Source of the DNA: Cladosporium halotolerans
Lineage: Eukaryota
Assembly: GCF_011745625.1 (NCBI RefSeq)
Contig: NW_027191467.1
Coordinates: 62,001 to 126,000, forward strand
DNA: 64,000 nt
Direction of reading: 5' to 3'
In this document: piece after piece, positions 1-10,381 of the stretch
Layout: every line of letters begins with the position of its first letter
Position numbering within the stretch: position 1 is the stretch's first letter
Notes under the pieces: model-generated
Seen by the model: the letters and a program-made list of their open reading frames with translations, nothing else
Told to the model about the DNA's origin: nothing
Databases searched by the model: none
Program-made: the position numbers and the translations under genes

Positions 1-583
1 ACTACTACTCGATGCAGGAGCGTCTGTGGATACGAAGTGTAATTCAGGCAGGACAGCTCTGCATGAGGCCGCTAAGAATGCGGGTCGGGTCACAGTAAGA
101 GTATTGCTCGATGCAGGAGCGGTTGTGGACTCCAAATGCAATTCGGGAGCAACGCCACTCTGTGATGCTATCACAGTCTATTCGCTGAACGTTGTGAACC
201 TGTTACTTGATGTAGGGGCTGACGCTACATCGAGAGACACCTCTGGGGCGACGCCGCTATTCTACCTGAGTCGAGCCAAAAGCCATCCGCGAGTACGAAA
301 GTTGACGAGACGTTTACTCAGACGTTTCCTTTCGATGCCTGGCGTGGATCCTAACACAAAAGACTATTCCGGCAGAACATTGCTCTCTCACGCTGCTGAA
401 GTTGGACAGCTTACGCTGGTGAAACTCTTGTGCGATATCCCCGGAGTGGATGTCGACTCATCTGATGATCTTGGACGGACAGCCTTATCTTATGCCCGTG
501 ACTCTGAGATTAAGCCAAAGGCTAAAATGCGAGCTCTTCGTCAGGCGAGCCGTGCTGGCATCGTGGACCTTGTTGACCTTTGA
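1..583 (+). CDS. C-terminal part of an ankyrin-repeat protein (gene begins upstream of the window)
   Basis: Five successive ankyrin motifs (GRTALHEAA, GATPLCDAI, GATPLFY, GRTLLSHAAEVG, GRTALSYA). The frame appears open from the window start; stop at 581-583. Confidence 0.85.
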   Translation, partial: LLLDAGASVDTKCNSGRTALHEAAKNAGRVTVRVLLDAGAVVDSKCNSGATPLCDAITVYSLNVVNLLLDVGADATSRDTSGATPLFYLSRAKSHPRVRKLTRRLLRRFLSMPGVDPNTKDYSGRTLLSHAAEVGQLTLVKLLCDIPGVDVDSSDDLGRTALSYARDSEIKPKAKMRALRQASRAGIVDLVDL

Positions 584-1553
584 TCTGGTTCCTGCGGCGA
601 AAGATGAGCGATGTTGTTACGAATTACCTCATTTTGGCATTGGCAAGAGATGGTGTCGTAGAACAAATAGAGAAGGCGAAGATGGTGATGGTGACCGGAC
701 ATATTATGAACGACTTCCGACTTTACGTTCAGATAGATCTTGACAGAGGTATGAAAGCAGGTGCATCTTTCGGTTGGCAGCCTTTGGCACTTCATCCAGC
801 CTGCACCCGTGAAGCTTCACCGAGAAGAAAACCTTGCGTGAAAGCCTGGATCAGCTGCTTTGATCGTTTCTTGGCAAGACCAAGCATTGCGAAAGCCGAT
901 TTTGTCTGAGGCTGGGACAATAGGCACGACACGAAATGATGACAACCGCCTCTCACCCGAAAGTCTGAAGGTTTCGCAACCCTACTACGTGAACACAGAT
1001 CGAGAAGTAGGCTCTCCGAGCAAATTTTGGTCTCATTGATTTACAGTATGACAGGAAGTAGTACACCGCTATTCTTTTTCCTTGTAGAGAGATCAAGGAC
1101 CCTGAGATACCCATTTTGTTATCAAGACATTATCGTTCACGTCAAATTCAATACGGCAAGACTCGTGGAAGAGTGACATGGCTCTCCAAGTCGAAATCCT
1201 TATCAGATGGTCTAGAGGTGATGGTAGCGACGTGGTTATTCCTTTAATCAAATATTCGAACTACGTTTAAAAGCTCTTCAAAGGCGTCTCCGCGTCAGTT
1301 GAGGTGCTACCATCGCCCATGGCTTACATGATTTGATGTTGACCAGAGAGACACACAAAGGTACAACGCTTCAGATGTTCGAACAAAAGGTGAACCGAAG
1401 CTGTAGGTTACCGAATCACGATGAAGTATTCATTACTTTCGATACAAATGTTCACAAACGCCTTCGCTATGCCCGAACAGTAAGCGCCTAAGATATAGAT
1501 ACAGCAACACCACCCAACAAATCCCGAAATCACCACTCGGTCACCTTCAACGC

Positions 1554-4500
1554 TCAAGGCTCGACCTTGAAATTGAGCCTGATACCCATAGCAGCCAGCT
1601 CGACATCCAAATATCTCAGCACACCAGGCACAGCAACGAGCGTGACGTCCTCGCCGCCCACCCACTTCTGGCCCGCCTTGTCCTCCCAGCAATCGTTCTT
1701 GGGCTCGGCGCCCTTGACCTTGCGGCTGCAGCGCCTGCAGCGCACGCGCAGCGACTCATTGGGCCTGCGGCGGCCGAGCTGGCCGATGGAAGGCTGCGTG
1801 GACAGGAAGGAGCCGCAGCCCTTGCAGACCCAGGCTTTGGTGTAGTCGGAGCAGTTGAGCAGGCGGTCCTGGAGGAGGAAGGCGGTGCCGTGGGCGAGGA
1901 GGGAGTCGCGCTCCATTTCTCCGACACGGATACCGCCGCCTTTGGCACGACCTTTAATGGGCTGGCCGGTGAGAGGCGTGACGGGGCCGGTGGTGCGGAC
2001 CTGGTACTTGTCGTTGACCATGTGACGGAGACGCTGGTAGTAGACGACGCCGATGTAGATGTCGGCGCCGAGCTCTTGGCCTGTGATTCCGGAGTACATG
2101 GGTTCGTTGCCGTAGTAGTTGTAGCCGGCGCGTTTGAGTTGGTGGCCGAAGTACTCGACGGCGGTTTGGCCTTCTTGGTCCTTGAACTTGAAAGGCGTCG
2201 AGTCCTGGGCCAGACCGTGCAGGGCGCCGGATTTGCCGGCCAGGGACTCGACGAACATGCCGATGGTCATACGGGAGGGGAAAGCGTGAGGGTTGATGAT
2301 GACGTCGGGCTGCATGCCAGACTCGGAGAAAGGCATGTCGACCATGGGCCATTTTTGAGAAAGTACACCCTTCTGACCGTGACGAGAGGAGAACTTGTCA
2401 CCAACGACGGGCGAACGGGGGATGCGGAAGCGGATGCTGATGGATTGGCAAGGCTCATTGCTGCCGCTTTCGTTGCCGATGAGCTTGATCTCCTCAACGA
2501 ACGCTTCCTCGGAGTCCTTGTAGCGATGCAGGTGTGTAATGCCGTCGCGGTTGACGTATTCACCAGTTTGAGGATCCTTGACAACAGTGTGAGAGGCTGC
2601 GACAATGTCGCCTTCGCGGAACTTCATGCCGACTGCAGCCATGCCATCGTCGTCCAAAGTAGCGCGCCACTGTGCTTTCACGAGTCCACCAGGAGCGAAG
2701 CCGAACATGTGTGTGACTGCACTGCTACGCCCTCTGTTCTTGTTCTCTTCCGCCAGGTTGATCTGCTTTGTCTTGTAAATGGTGCCGTGACCGAATCCAC
2801 GCTCATGAGCCGATTTGTTCAGAATCATGGCGTCGTCCATGTCATAACCAGTGTAAGAAATGACCGCGACGACGGCGTTGGTGCCGTTCGGGAAGTTATC
2901 GAGGCCATATTCGTTGTGTAGGGGAGGTCTGACTACTGGAGTTTGCCCGGTTTGAAGCTTGTATGACTTGTTGTCCGTACGGTACTTCAGGGCAGTACCA
3001 GGGGTTCCCATCGTCTGCTTTCCCATCTGACACTGGTACATATTACGCGGTGATTGATTGAAATCAGAGAAAGGAGTTTGGTTGGCAACGATCGAGAGAA
3101 TGTTGGTAGGGTCGTATTCGAGGTGGGTGTTGTCCCCGGACACGATTTCGGGCTCCGTGCACGCGATCGACATAAACGGCTGCTCAAAGGGACCCACGTA
3201 ATCACATTTGTCCAGCGGCAAGTATAGCACCGGACGAAGCATACGCGCCGCGGAAGAGAACATGTAAATGCCCGGGTACTGACCGCCGTTGGACTCGGGG
3301 ATGTTGCCGATTTCGAGCTTGGCGGGCACGCCGTGCGAACCCTCGACTTTCCAGTATCGGAGGGTGTCGCCGATGACCTTGGCCTGCTTGGGCGTGCAGA
3401 AGCCCATGATCTTGCCGTCGAGCTGGACGACTACGTTCTCTTCCAGGGTGGCGGCGGAGGAATCCACGACGCCAAGCTGAGCCAGGAGCTGCGGCAACGC
3501 GGAGACGTCTGTGCTGTCGGTTGTAATCAGGCACTTGTGCGCAAGATGGTTGAGCAGACCGCAAGGAGATCCGTCAGGAGTGTGGACAGGACACAAGAAC
3601 CCCCAGCTCTCGGGCAAGAGCTTTCTGACGGTGGTTGTCTTCAGCTGCGCGAAAAAGCTACCTCTGTGGACCATTCGGAAGTGACTGATGAAGCGGTAGA
3701 AGTTGATCTTCTCTGCCATGACTGTGAAACCGGAAGTTTGCTGCAAGTCAAGACCACTGGGACTGACCAGGTTGCCGGTGGAAAGGAAGTAATCCAGGGC
3801 TTGGCCCAAATTTTCGTTGGTCTTTCGCACGATCTTTGTGATGAAGTCCTTTTCGAATTCCTTTGTCGTGAAGGCAGGGTATTCTCGGCTTCGGCTCCAG
3901 TCGCGCAAGCTGAGACCGATGGAGTACAGCCACTCATCGATTCTCTCCTTGATGATCATGCCGTAAAGAAGACCAGGCAGGAGAATCTCCTGGTTCTGCA
4001 CAGCATCAGGGTTGTCAATCGCGCAGTCACCCTCAACGAGAGAGTACAGTTTGCGGATCATGAAGATCAACATCTTGAATTTGTCGGTATCGTTCTCCTC
4101 GGTCACGTCGTGGCAGCCCAGATGAGGCAGGACAACCTTGCGGAGGAACTCAGTACCGGCTTCTTCGTCTGTCACATTCTCGGCCATCTGGAGGACTGGC
4201 CTGAACTTCGATCCCAAGAATGCGCGCGTGCTCGACTTGCCATAGAAGTTGTACGCTTTGTATGTCCTCAAAAGCAGCTCTACTCTGTCAATGACAAACT
4301 GCTTGCTCTCCAGCTCCTTCTTGCCCATTGCGCGACCCACAATGCCCTCGTAAATTTCGCGATCGTTTGTCTCGACGAGTGCCTTGAGCACCATGACCAC
4401 GGGAACAAGGTACTCGTTCTTGCGGTACGAAAATCTGAAGGTGACGTTTCCGTCGCTCAAGTAGTGCAGAACGTTGGTCTGCGAAGTCTGATCCGGTCTC

Positions 4501-5189
4501 ACCGATCGTATTTGGATACCGAACTTGGTGTATGTGTTTCCTCTTCCCTCGAAGGACGGACGAATGATGGCCATGGGGTAATTTCTTCGGTTGACGATCA
4601 ACATACGGATCAGCTTCTCGTTACCGTTGACAATGAAGTATCCTCCCAGCTCCTCAGTCTCCTCGCGCTTGTCGACCATCTGCTTCGGCGAAAGACCCTC
4701 CAGATGACACCGGTTGGATCGCAGCATGATGGGCACGTGGCCGAAGTCGCGGACGCTTTCTTTCCAAGGTCCATCGTTGACGCGATATTCTAATCTTCCC
4801 CGGAACCGTCCCCTGTACGAGCAGTGACGCTCTCTGCACTCCACGGGCAGAATCTCGCGCTTTGTCGTCTCATGTTTGTTTGAAGCAGGCAGCTGGCTTT
4901 TCTCGAGGAAAACCTCCCTCACGCGCACCTGTAGTCTGTTGCGCGGCGCGTCTGCAGGGGCATTGGGCTCGCCGTCGAGGAAAGTCTTGGTGCCAACGTC
5001 CTTCAGAGCCTGGTGCAGCTGACCGTTGGGTGCGAAGATAGTGTTGAAAGAGTTGACATGCGGCTCAATCGCAGCAGCGAGAGATGGGTACGCGGTTTTG
5101 TCGGTGGGCGGGTTGCTGAACAGGGCGTGCCGTCTAAGGGTGTCGAAGTTGGTGCCCCATTTGCGTTTTGTCGTCTCCGGAGGCCCCAT
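1554..5189 (-). CDS. RPA2: DNA-directed RNA polymerase I second-largest subunit
   Basis: 1211-aa intronless ORF with Rpb2-family motifs (GYFIVNGNEK, CPVHTPDGSPCGL, GDKFSSRHGQKG, GGIRVGEMERD) and a C-terminal Zn ribbon. Pol I-type signature FSDFNQSPRNMYQCQMGKQTMG. Confidence 0.97.
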   Translation of the reverse strand: MGPPETTKRKWGTNFDTLRRHALFSNPPTDKTAYPSLAAAIEPHVNSFNTIFAPNGQLHQALKDVGTKTFLDGEPNAPADAPRNRLQVRVREVFLEKSQLPASNKHETTKREILPVECRERHCSYRGRFRGRLEYRVNDGPWKESVRDFGHVPIMLRSNRCHLEGLSPKQMVDKREETEELGGYFIVNGNEKLIRMLIVNRRNYPMAIIRPSFEGRGNTYTKFGIQIRSVRPDQTSQTNVLHYLSDGNVTFRFSYRKNEYLVPVVMVLKALVETNDREIYEGIVGRAMGKKELESKQFVIDRVELLLRTYKAYNFYGKSSTRAFLGSKFRPVLQMAENVTDEEAGTEFLRKVVLPHLGCHDVTEENDTDKFKMLIFMIRKLYSLVEGDCAIDNPDAVQNQEILLPGLLYGMIIKERIDEWLYSIGLSLRDWSRSREYPAFTTKEFEKDFITKIVRKTNENLGQALDYFLSTGNLVSPSGLDLQQTSGFTVMAEKINFYRFISHFRMVHRGSFFAQLKTTTVRKLLPESWGFLCPVHTPDGSPCGLLNHLAHKCLITTDSTDVSALPQLLAQLGVVDSSAATLEENVVVQLDGKIMGFCTPKQAKVIGDTLRYWKVEGSHGVPAKLEIGNIPESNGGQYPGIYMFSSAARMLRPVLYLPLDKCDYVGPFEQPFMSIACTEPEIVSGDNTHLEYDPTNILSIVANQTPFSDFNQSPRNMYQCQMGKQTMGTPGTALKYRTDNKSYKLQTGQTPVVRPPLHNEYGLDNFPNGTNAVVAVISYTGYDMDDAMILNKSAHERGFGHGTIYKTKQINLAEENKNRGRSSAVTHMFGFAPGGLVKAQWRATLDDDGMAAVGMKFREGDIVAASHTVVKDPQTGEYVNRDGITHLHRYKDSEEAFVEEIKLIGNESGSNEPCQSISIRFRIPRSPVVGDKFSSRHGQKGVLSQKWPMVDMPFSESGMQPDVIINPHAFPSRMTIGMFVESLAGKSGALHGLAQDSTPFKFKDQEGQTAVEYFGHQLKRAGYNYYGNEPMYSGITGQELGADIYIGVVYYQRLRHMVNDKYQVRTTGPVTPLTGQPIKGRAKGGGIRVGEMERDSLLAHGTAFLLQDRLLNCSDYTKAWVCKGCGSFLSTQPSIGQLGRRRPNESLRVRCRRCSRKVKGAEPKNDCWEDKAGQKWVGGEDVTLVAVPGVLRYLDVELAAMGIRLNFKVEP

Positions 5190-5228
5190 GGTTGCGAAGT
5201 TATATTTTTGCGCGCCGGAAGAGGTATC

Positions 5229-5450
5229 AAATTTTCATGCCTTGGGCGAAAGAAGGTCAAGAGTAGTTGCTGGTATTCTTTTCAAGCTTCCTTGCAGCCC
5301 TGTGCTCCCGGCAATGCTCCAGCCAACTCGTCCAGCCTCTGAAAGTAAAGCCCTCGGCCTCTGAAGCTTTTGAGAAAAGTCGCAGAGCTCGAACTTCTCT
5401 GCGCCCGCGGAGGAAACTCGGCCGATATCGATAAGATCACGTGATATAAA
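5229..5450. promoter_or_regulatory. Putative ribosome-biogenesis-type promoter elements upstream of RPA2, in a region shared with divergent ARL8
   Basis: TGAAAATTT (RRPE-like, minus strand) at 5229-5237; CGATAAG/CTTATCG at 5429-5435; palindromic TCACGTGA at 5437-5444; TATAAA at 5445-5450. Confidence 0.45.
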
Positions 5451-6363
5451 TACTGCACTCCGATATCGAGCGTCCCGCGGCAACGAAAAGCAAGCGGATG
5501 CAGTCTACTGCAGCTCTGGCCAACCGTCTACGGCGCCGTGCTGCATCGTTCCGCACTGCCCGCCGCCCACCGGCCTTGCCTTGCTCTGCTACCGTGATCT
5601 CGCCTCTGCCCACCGCCCGCTGCACCGTGACACCAGAGCAGCACAAAGGAGATCGCAGTCGACTTGGCGGACCGCGCGCGGCTCGTGCTGCAGCGAGAAG
5701 GACGATTTCGAGGTAAATTTAATCTACACAGCGCGAAGCCGCGGCTCGCAGGCGACACTGTTTCAGACGGCTCGCTCTTCGGCAGACCTCGTCCAGCGCG
5801 CCGCCGCTTCTGACCGCAAGGCTGAACGCGAGCACCTGACCGCACACTTCTTCGCTCCCCCACAGTTGCTTCGCCCGCCGCTCGCTCTGGCGCAGGGCAG
5901 CAAAACGCCCTACACCACCCGCTACTGCAACTCTGCGCACTCGCGCACCCTCTAGCCTCTTCACACCTGCTCGGCCCGAGAGCTGCGAACCCACCGTTGC
6001 CCGGGCTCCAGCGAGACGTGAAAACTGCCAGGCAGCCTGCGTGCCAGCCTGCCCTGCGAACGAAAGCGCCCCGCATCAGCAGCAGCGCAACGCCCGCCGC
6101 CAAGGCAGCGCTCCCAGAACCTTTCGCGAGTCGAACCCGTCGCGCCTTTCCCGATCCAAAGAAAACCCACCAGCACGAAAAGCCAGGGTGCCCTGTGTTG
6201 CTCTGCTGCGCTCCCTTCCGCTGCCGCCGCCGCCGCCGCTCCTCCACAGCACTCTACCGCCCCCTCGCCGGCGCGCCTGTCAACCGTGTGGCATTCTTCG
6301 GCGTTGGTTCTAGCTCAGCGCAGCGAGCACTGACTTTGACCGGAGAGCGTTGGTCTGCCCGCC

Positions 6364-7305
6364 ATGGTGGGCTTATTCAGGCGCATCTATGATTGGCTGC
6401 TGAGCTTGTTCTGGTATGTTGCCTACGGCTGTGTTGTCCTCCTCTTGCCACCGGCCTTTGCGGATATTCCGTGTTGTGACAGCGCCACGCCAGTACGCAG
6501 TAGTTTTCTCGGCGTGGTCCGAAAGTAGTGATTGTTGCGACATGTACGATGGCCGCGGACGCTGACTGTTGTTCCTGGCAGGGCGACCGAGATGGACATA
6601 ACCATGATCGGGCTCCAGAACGCCGGAAAAACCTCGCTGCTGAGAGTATTAGCGGTACGAATCTGAGCGGTAATCAGACAGACTGGGCAAATAGCTAATT
6701 TGACACGCAGGGTGGAGAATTCACGATCGAGTAAGCTGCTCGCTGGATGCGTCGCTACCGATCGCTCACTGACTATGCCTCAAGCTCAATACCAACAGTC
6801 GGCTTCAACATGAAGCGAGTCCAGAAGGGACACGTCACTCTGAAGTGGTATGTCGTTTTGGTAGAGTACCGAAGCTTTTGCGCTTTGAGCTGACATTTGG
6901 AAGCTGGGATCTCGGCGGCCAGCCCCGGTTTCGATCCATGTGGGAAAGATATTGTCGCGGTGTGAATGCGATCGTGTAAGTCCTCGCCGCACCCTTTGCA
7001 CCTGACCTTCCGCTACTCACAGTCGTTCCAGATTCATCGTCGACTCCGCCGACCGTGAAGCGTTGCCGGTGGCGAAGGAAGAGCTTCATATCCTCCTGGA
7101 GAAGCCAGCCATGGAGGGCATCCCTTTGCTCGTCCTGGGCAACAAGTCCGATCTACGCGGGCATTTGACCGTAGATGACCTGATCGATGCGCTTGAATTG
7201 AAGCGCGTGACGCACCGCGAGGTCTCCTGCTACGGAATCAGCGCCAAAGAAGAGACCAACCTCGATGCGGTCTTGCAATGGCTGATCGCCCGCTCCACCA
7301 GATAG
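6364..7305 (+). CDS. ARL8: ADP-ribosylation-factor-like GTPase Arl8 (6 exons)
   Basis: Spliced translation [37 protein letters not shown]...[46 protein letters not shown]...LGNKSDL...[19 protein letters not shown]. Five GT-AG introns. Confidence 0.93.
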
Positions 7306-9109
7306 ATTCATACGACCCGCTTGGACGAGAGGTCGAGGAGTCTCTGGCCCTCTCCCAAACGACACAACGCTCGCGCGGCGGGTCTGCCCTGCGCTGTCGC
7401 GTGGCAAGTGCCCGCCGCGCAGCCTGCCAAACACCACCACCAGAAGAACAGCTCGGAAAGCTGCGCGCCAGCAATGGCCAGGAAAGGACGGGGCAACGCT
7501 CCAGGGTTCTCATTTGTTCGGGGAGAGGATTTTCGGACGGGCTCTATTTCCTTAGGCGAGCATTGGTGTCATGTGACGAGGAAACGATTGACGGCGGTAT
7601 GAAACGTTTGACGATAGCTATGATATCCCACGTTGCTGCTAGATTTCCGAGTGTTCTTGCTGTCATTTTTCATGTTCGCGATAACGCAAAGGAAGTGAGA
7701 ATCCCATCCTCGGTCCAGAGCTGTCGCAGGTCGCGTCGTCTCTCGTTCCCAAACGGTGTGGTGGAAAAGCGACCTGTCGCATCGCTTCGCGCGGGTCCAG
7801 GCAAGCCCGCTCGCCAATCCAGCGCAAGCGCCCGCACGCGCGCGCGACAAGACCACAGCGACGAGCACCGCAACGCCGCCGCCAACAGCAACAAGAAGCA
7901 AGAAAGCAGAAAAGAAAAGCAACCCGAGCGCCCTTGGCTCAACCCTCGCACACATATTAGAAAGGCAAACCCAGCACAGACCGACGCCGCGCCAGCGCAT
8001 CCCGCAGCGCGTTGTGCAGCTGCCCGACGCGCGATGCGCTGGCGGTTTCTGAATTCTTGTCCGTCGTCTCTGCTCCCTCCTAAAGCCAGAGGAGAGCCAG
8101 CCTGTACGCCAGCCAGCCAGCCAGCCCGCCGCGCCCGCCCGCCCGCCGGACTCGTGGCCCTTGTGAGTGCGACGCATGTGTGTCTCATGGTCCTTGCGGG
8201 GACCGAGGACGTCGGCCTTACGCCGCTAGGCCGCGTTGGGCTTGAGGGTAGCCCAAGCCGGCAGGGCGGCGCCGAGGGCGGGCGGATGCGAGGTGCTGGT
8301 TTAGGGCGCCTTACTGGGCGGACTGGCGGGCGGGCGCTGCCTGTGGCGGTGTTTGCGAGTGCGGAGGAGGCGTTCGGTCGTGCTGATCTGCGGTTGCTGG
8401 CCCTATGATCATTGCGGATCTGGGAGGATGCGAAGGATGGAGGCTCAGAGGCGTACTGGTCTGCGGCGCTTCCTAGGCACGGTAGGGGAGTGATTCTGAT
8501 TGCTGGTGGTGGCCATGATACGATACGGATCTCGGATGCTAGGTACCGTGATCGAGGCACGAGGTATGGTGTCGCAAAGGGCTTAGCAGCGGTTGGCGTG
8601 GGCCGTGATTACCGCCATTCACCAGAGGCGCGTCAGTCTGGCGTGTGAGCATTCCAGTTCCCTTACCTGGGCCTGACGGCAATCAAATATTACGTTCAGC
8701 CGCGTGAGCCTCCTACGTCTATTATACTGACTGCATGTATTTGGCATAGCGGAGGGCAGTGCCAGCCAACAAAGCTTCGAGGTCTTTCCAACTGTGAGCG
8801 CGTGTGCAGCGGTACGCCATCGGGCTGTGGCTGAGCAACAAAGAGCCAAGCGTTCCAAGAGGCATCAGCTTCCGGCTCTTCGTCATCACTCGACTACAAA
8901 TCCGCCAGAGCTCCCACGCTCACTGCGCCGGTGGCTTTATTTCCCTGCAGGTTCCTGTTTGACGCCAGACATCACCAAACCGCATCTGTCTCATCGACGG
9001 TACTATCTCCTGGTATACCAACCCATCGCTGTGTACTGTGGGCCTGCTCCACCATTTGAGGTCACCATTTGCGACAACTCGTGACAACACCAAGGCACGA
9101 CAAGACAAC

Positions 9110-9758
9110 ATGGCCATCCTTCCGCGGCAATACATCGAGTAAGTCGCTCCACCAGGCTGATTATCATCTTTGTTCCAGCGCCCCCAACTTCATGCGAATT
9201 ATCTCTCCGCCATCATCTCGCCACACGCGTTGCTAACACGATGTCATCTAGTTGCCGATACAGCAATGACTACCGATGCAGAAACTACAGCACCTGGAAT
9301 AGCTGGGCTCGCTGGCTCGTCCTAGGTCTGATTATTTTCGGCGCGATCCTCATTTTCTTCCTGTTCTCGTAAGTCATCACAGCTATCATCCTTTCGCACC
9401 TTATTGCAAGAGTTACTAACACCCCACAAGATGCATCACCGCCCGCCGCCGCAGAAGACGCGGCTACACCCCCTACCGCGGCACCGGTTGGGCTCTGGGT
9501 AGGACACCGCCGGGCCACGGCCAGGCGACGTACAACGCGCAGCCTCACTACGGCCAGCAGCAACAGCAGTGGCAACCTCAGCAGCAACAGCAACAGCCGT
9601 ACTACAACAACAGCAACAACCCGCCGCCTTCCTACTATGATGCGTCTCGCAACAACAACAACAACAACGACGGTGTTGAGCTGCAGTCGCCGCAGCCCGC
9701 GTACGGCGGATATGGCTCGTATGCGCCGCCGAAGGGCCCGCCTCCCGGCCACGCTTGA
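9110..9758 (+). CDS. RCR-like (chitin synthesis regulation / Congo red resistance) single-pass membrane protein, 3 exons
   Basis: Spliced: MAILPRQYI..CRYSNDYRCRNYSTWNSWARWLVLGLIIFGAILIFFLFS-CITARRRRRRGYTPYRGTGW, then a Gln/Asn/Pro-rich tail with a PPSY motif. Missed on this strand by the ORF track because of introns. Confidence 0.75.
9555..9670 (+). repeat. CAG/CAA/AAC trinucleotide-rich tracts (poly-Q and poly-N) in the RCR-like gene
   Basis: cagcagcaacagcag...cagcagcaacagcaacag and (aac)n at about 9651-9668. Confidence 0.6.
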
Positions 9759-10381
9759 TCGGATTGATGTAGCAAGAGACTATGAAAAGGCTGTTGCACC
9801 TGAGAATACGACGACACGAACTGGAAGGGTGGCGCTGGGAGGGATTCTGGTTTCGTTATTTTTGGTTGGGTTTGGGTATTGGGTATAAGATTGATTAATG
9901 TATACCAGGATATGCTGGCTTCTGTAAGATACAATACGCAGCCTATAAGGTCTCTCACGTTTTCGACTTAGTCTCAACATTTCTCGCGCTGACTGATGTT
10001 TACCTACGAGGATGGATGTATTTTTCATTGTGATCGTGTGCGTAGTTCCTGATGATCTGCACCCGCGCAAGACATTGGCCGCGACTGGGATTCGCGTTCC
10101 AGCGTCATCGCCAGTGTTCGCTTCGACCTCGGCACGGCTAGTCGCTCATGCTCTACATGAGGAAAAGACCCACATTCTGACTTCATCTCATCACGTTGCG
10201 ACTACTCCAGACTCCATCCGCGGTGAGTAGCTATTCGTCAGCTACATATAGCTCCAAATATTCAAGCTAAGTGACAAATTTTCCATCTTCACCTTATAAA
10301 CTCCCCTTTTCTACTCGAAACTACTTTATTATAGACATAAACCGGATACAGGCTATATACTTCATTTCGTTGTTGCCCAAC

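Noticed and set aside
580..1500. Lower-GC stretch, possible transposon relic or RIP-mutated DNA
   Set aside because: No terminal repeats, transposase or RT motifs, and no obvious TpA excess by eye.
1890..4793. Long plus-strand ORFs (343 aa, 486 aa) antisense to RPA2
   Set aside because: Shadow ORFs caused by high GC3 codon bias; no protein-like features.
8131..8340. 13-nt inverted repeat gcgcccgcccgcc / ggcgggcgggcgc
   Set aside because: Low-complexity GC sequence; expected by chance.
7278..8560. 376-aa plus and 296-aa minus ORFs
   Set aside because: Arg/Ala/Pro-rich translations of GC-rich DNA with no motifs or coherent codon bias.
9285..9752. 155-aa minus-strand poly-Val/Leu 'membrane protein'
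   Set aside because: Antisense reading of the CAA/CAG tracts of the plus-strand RCR-like gene.
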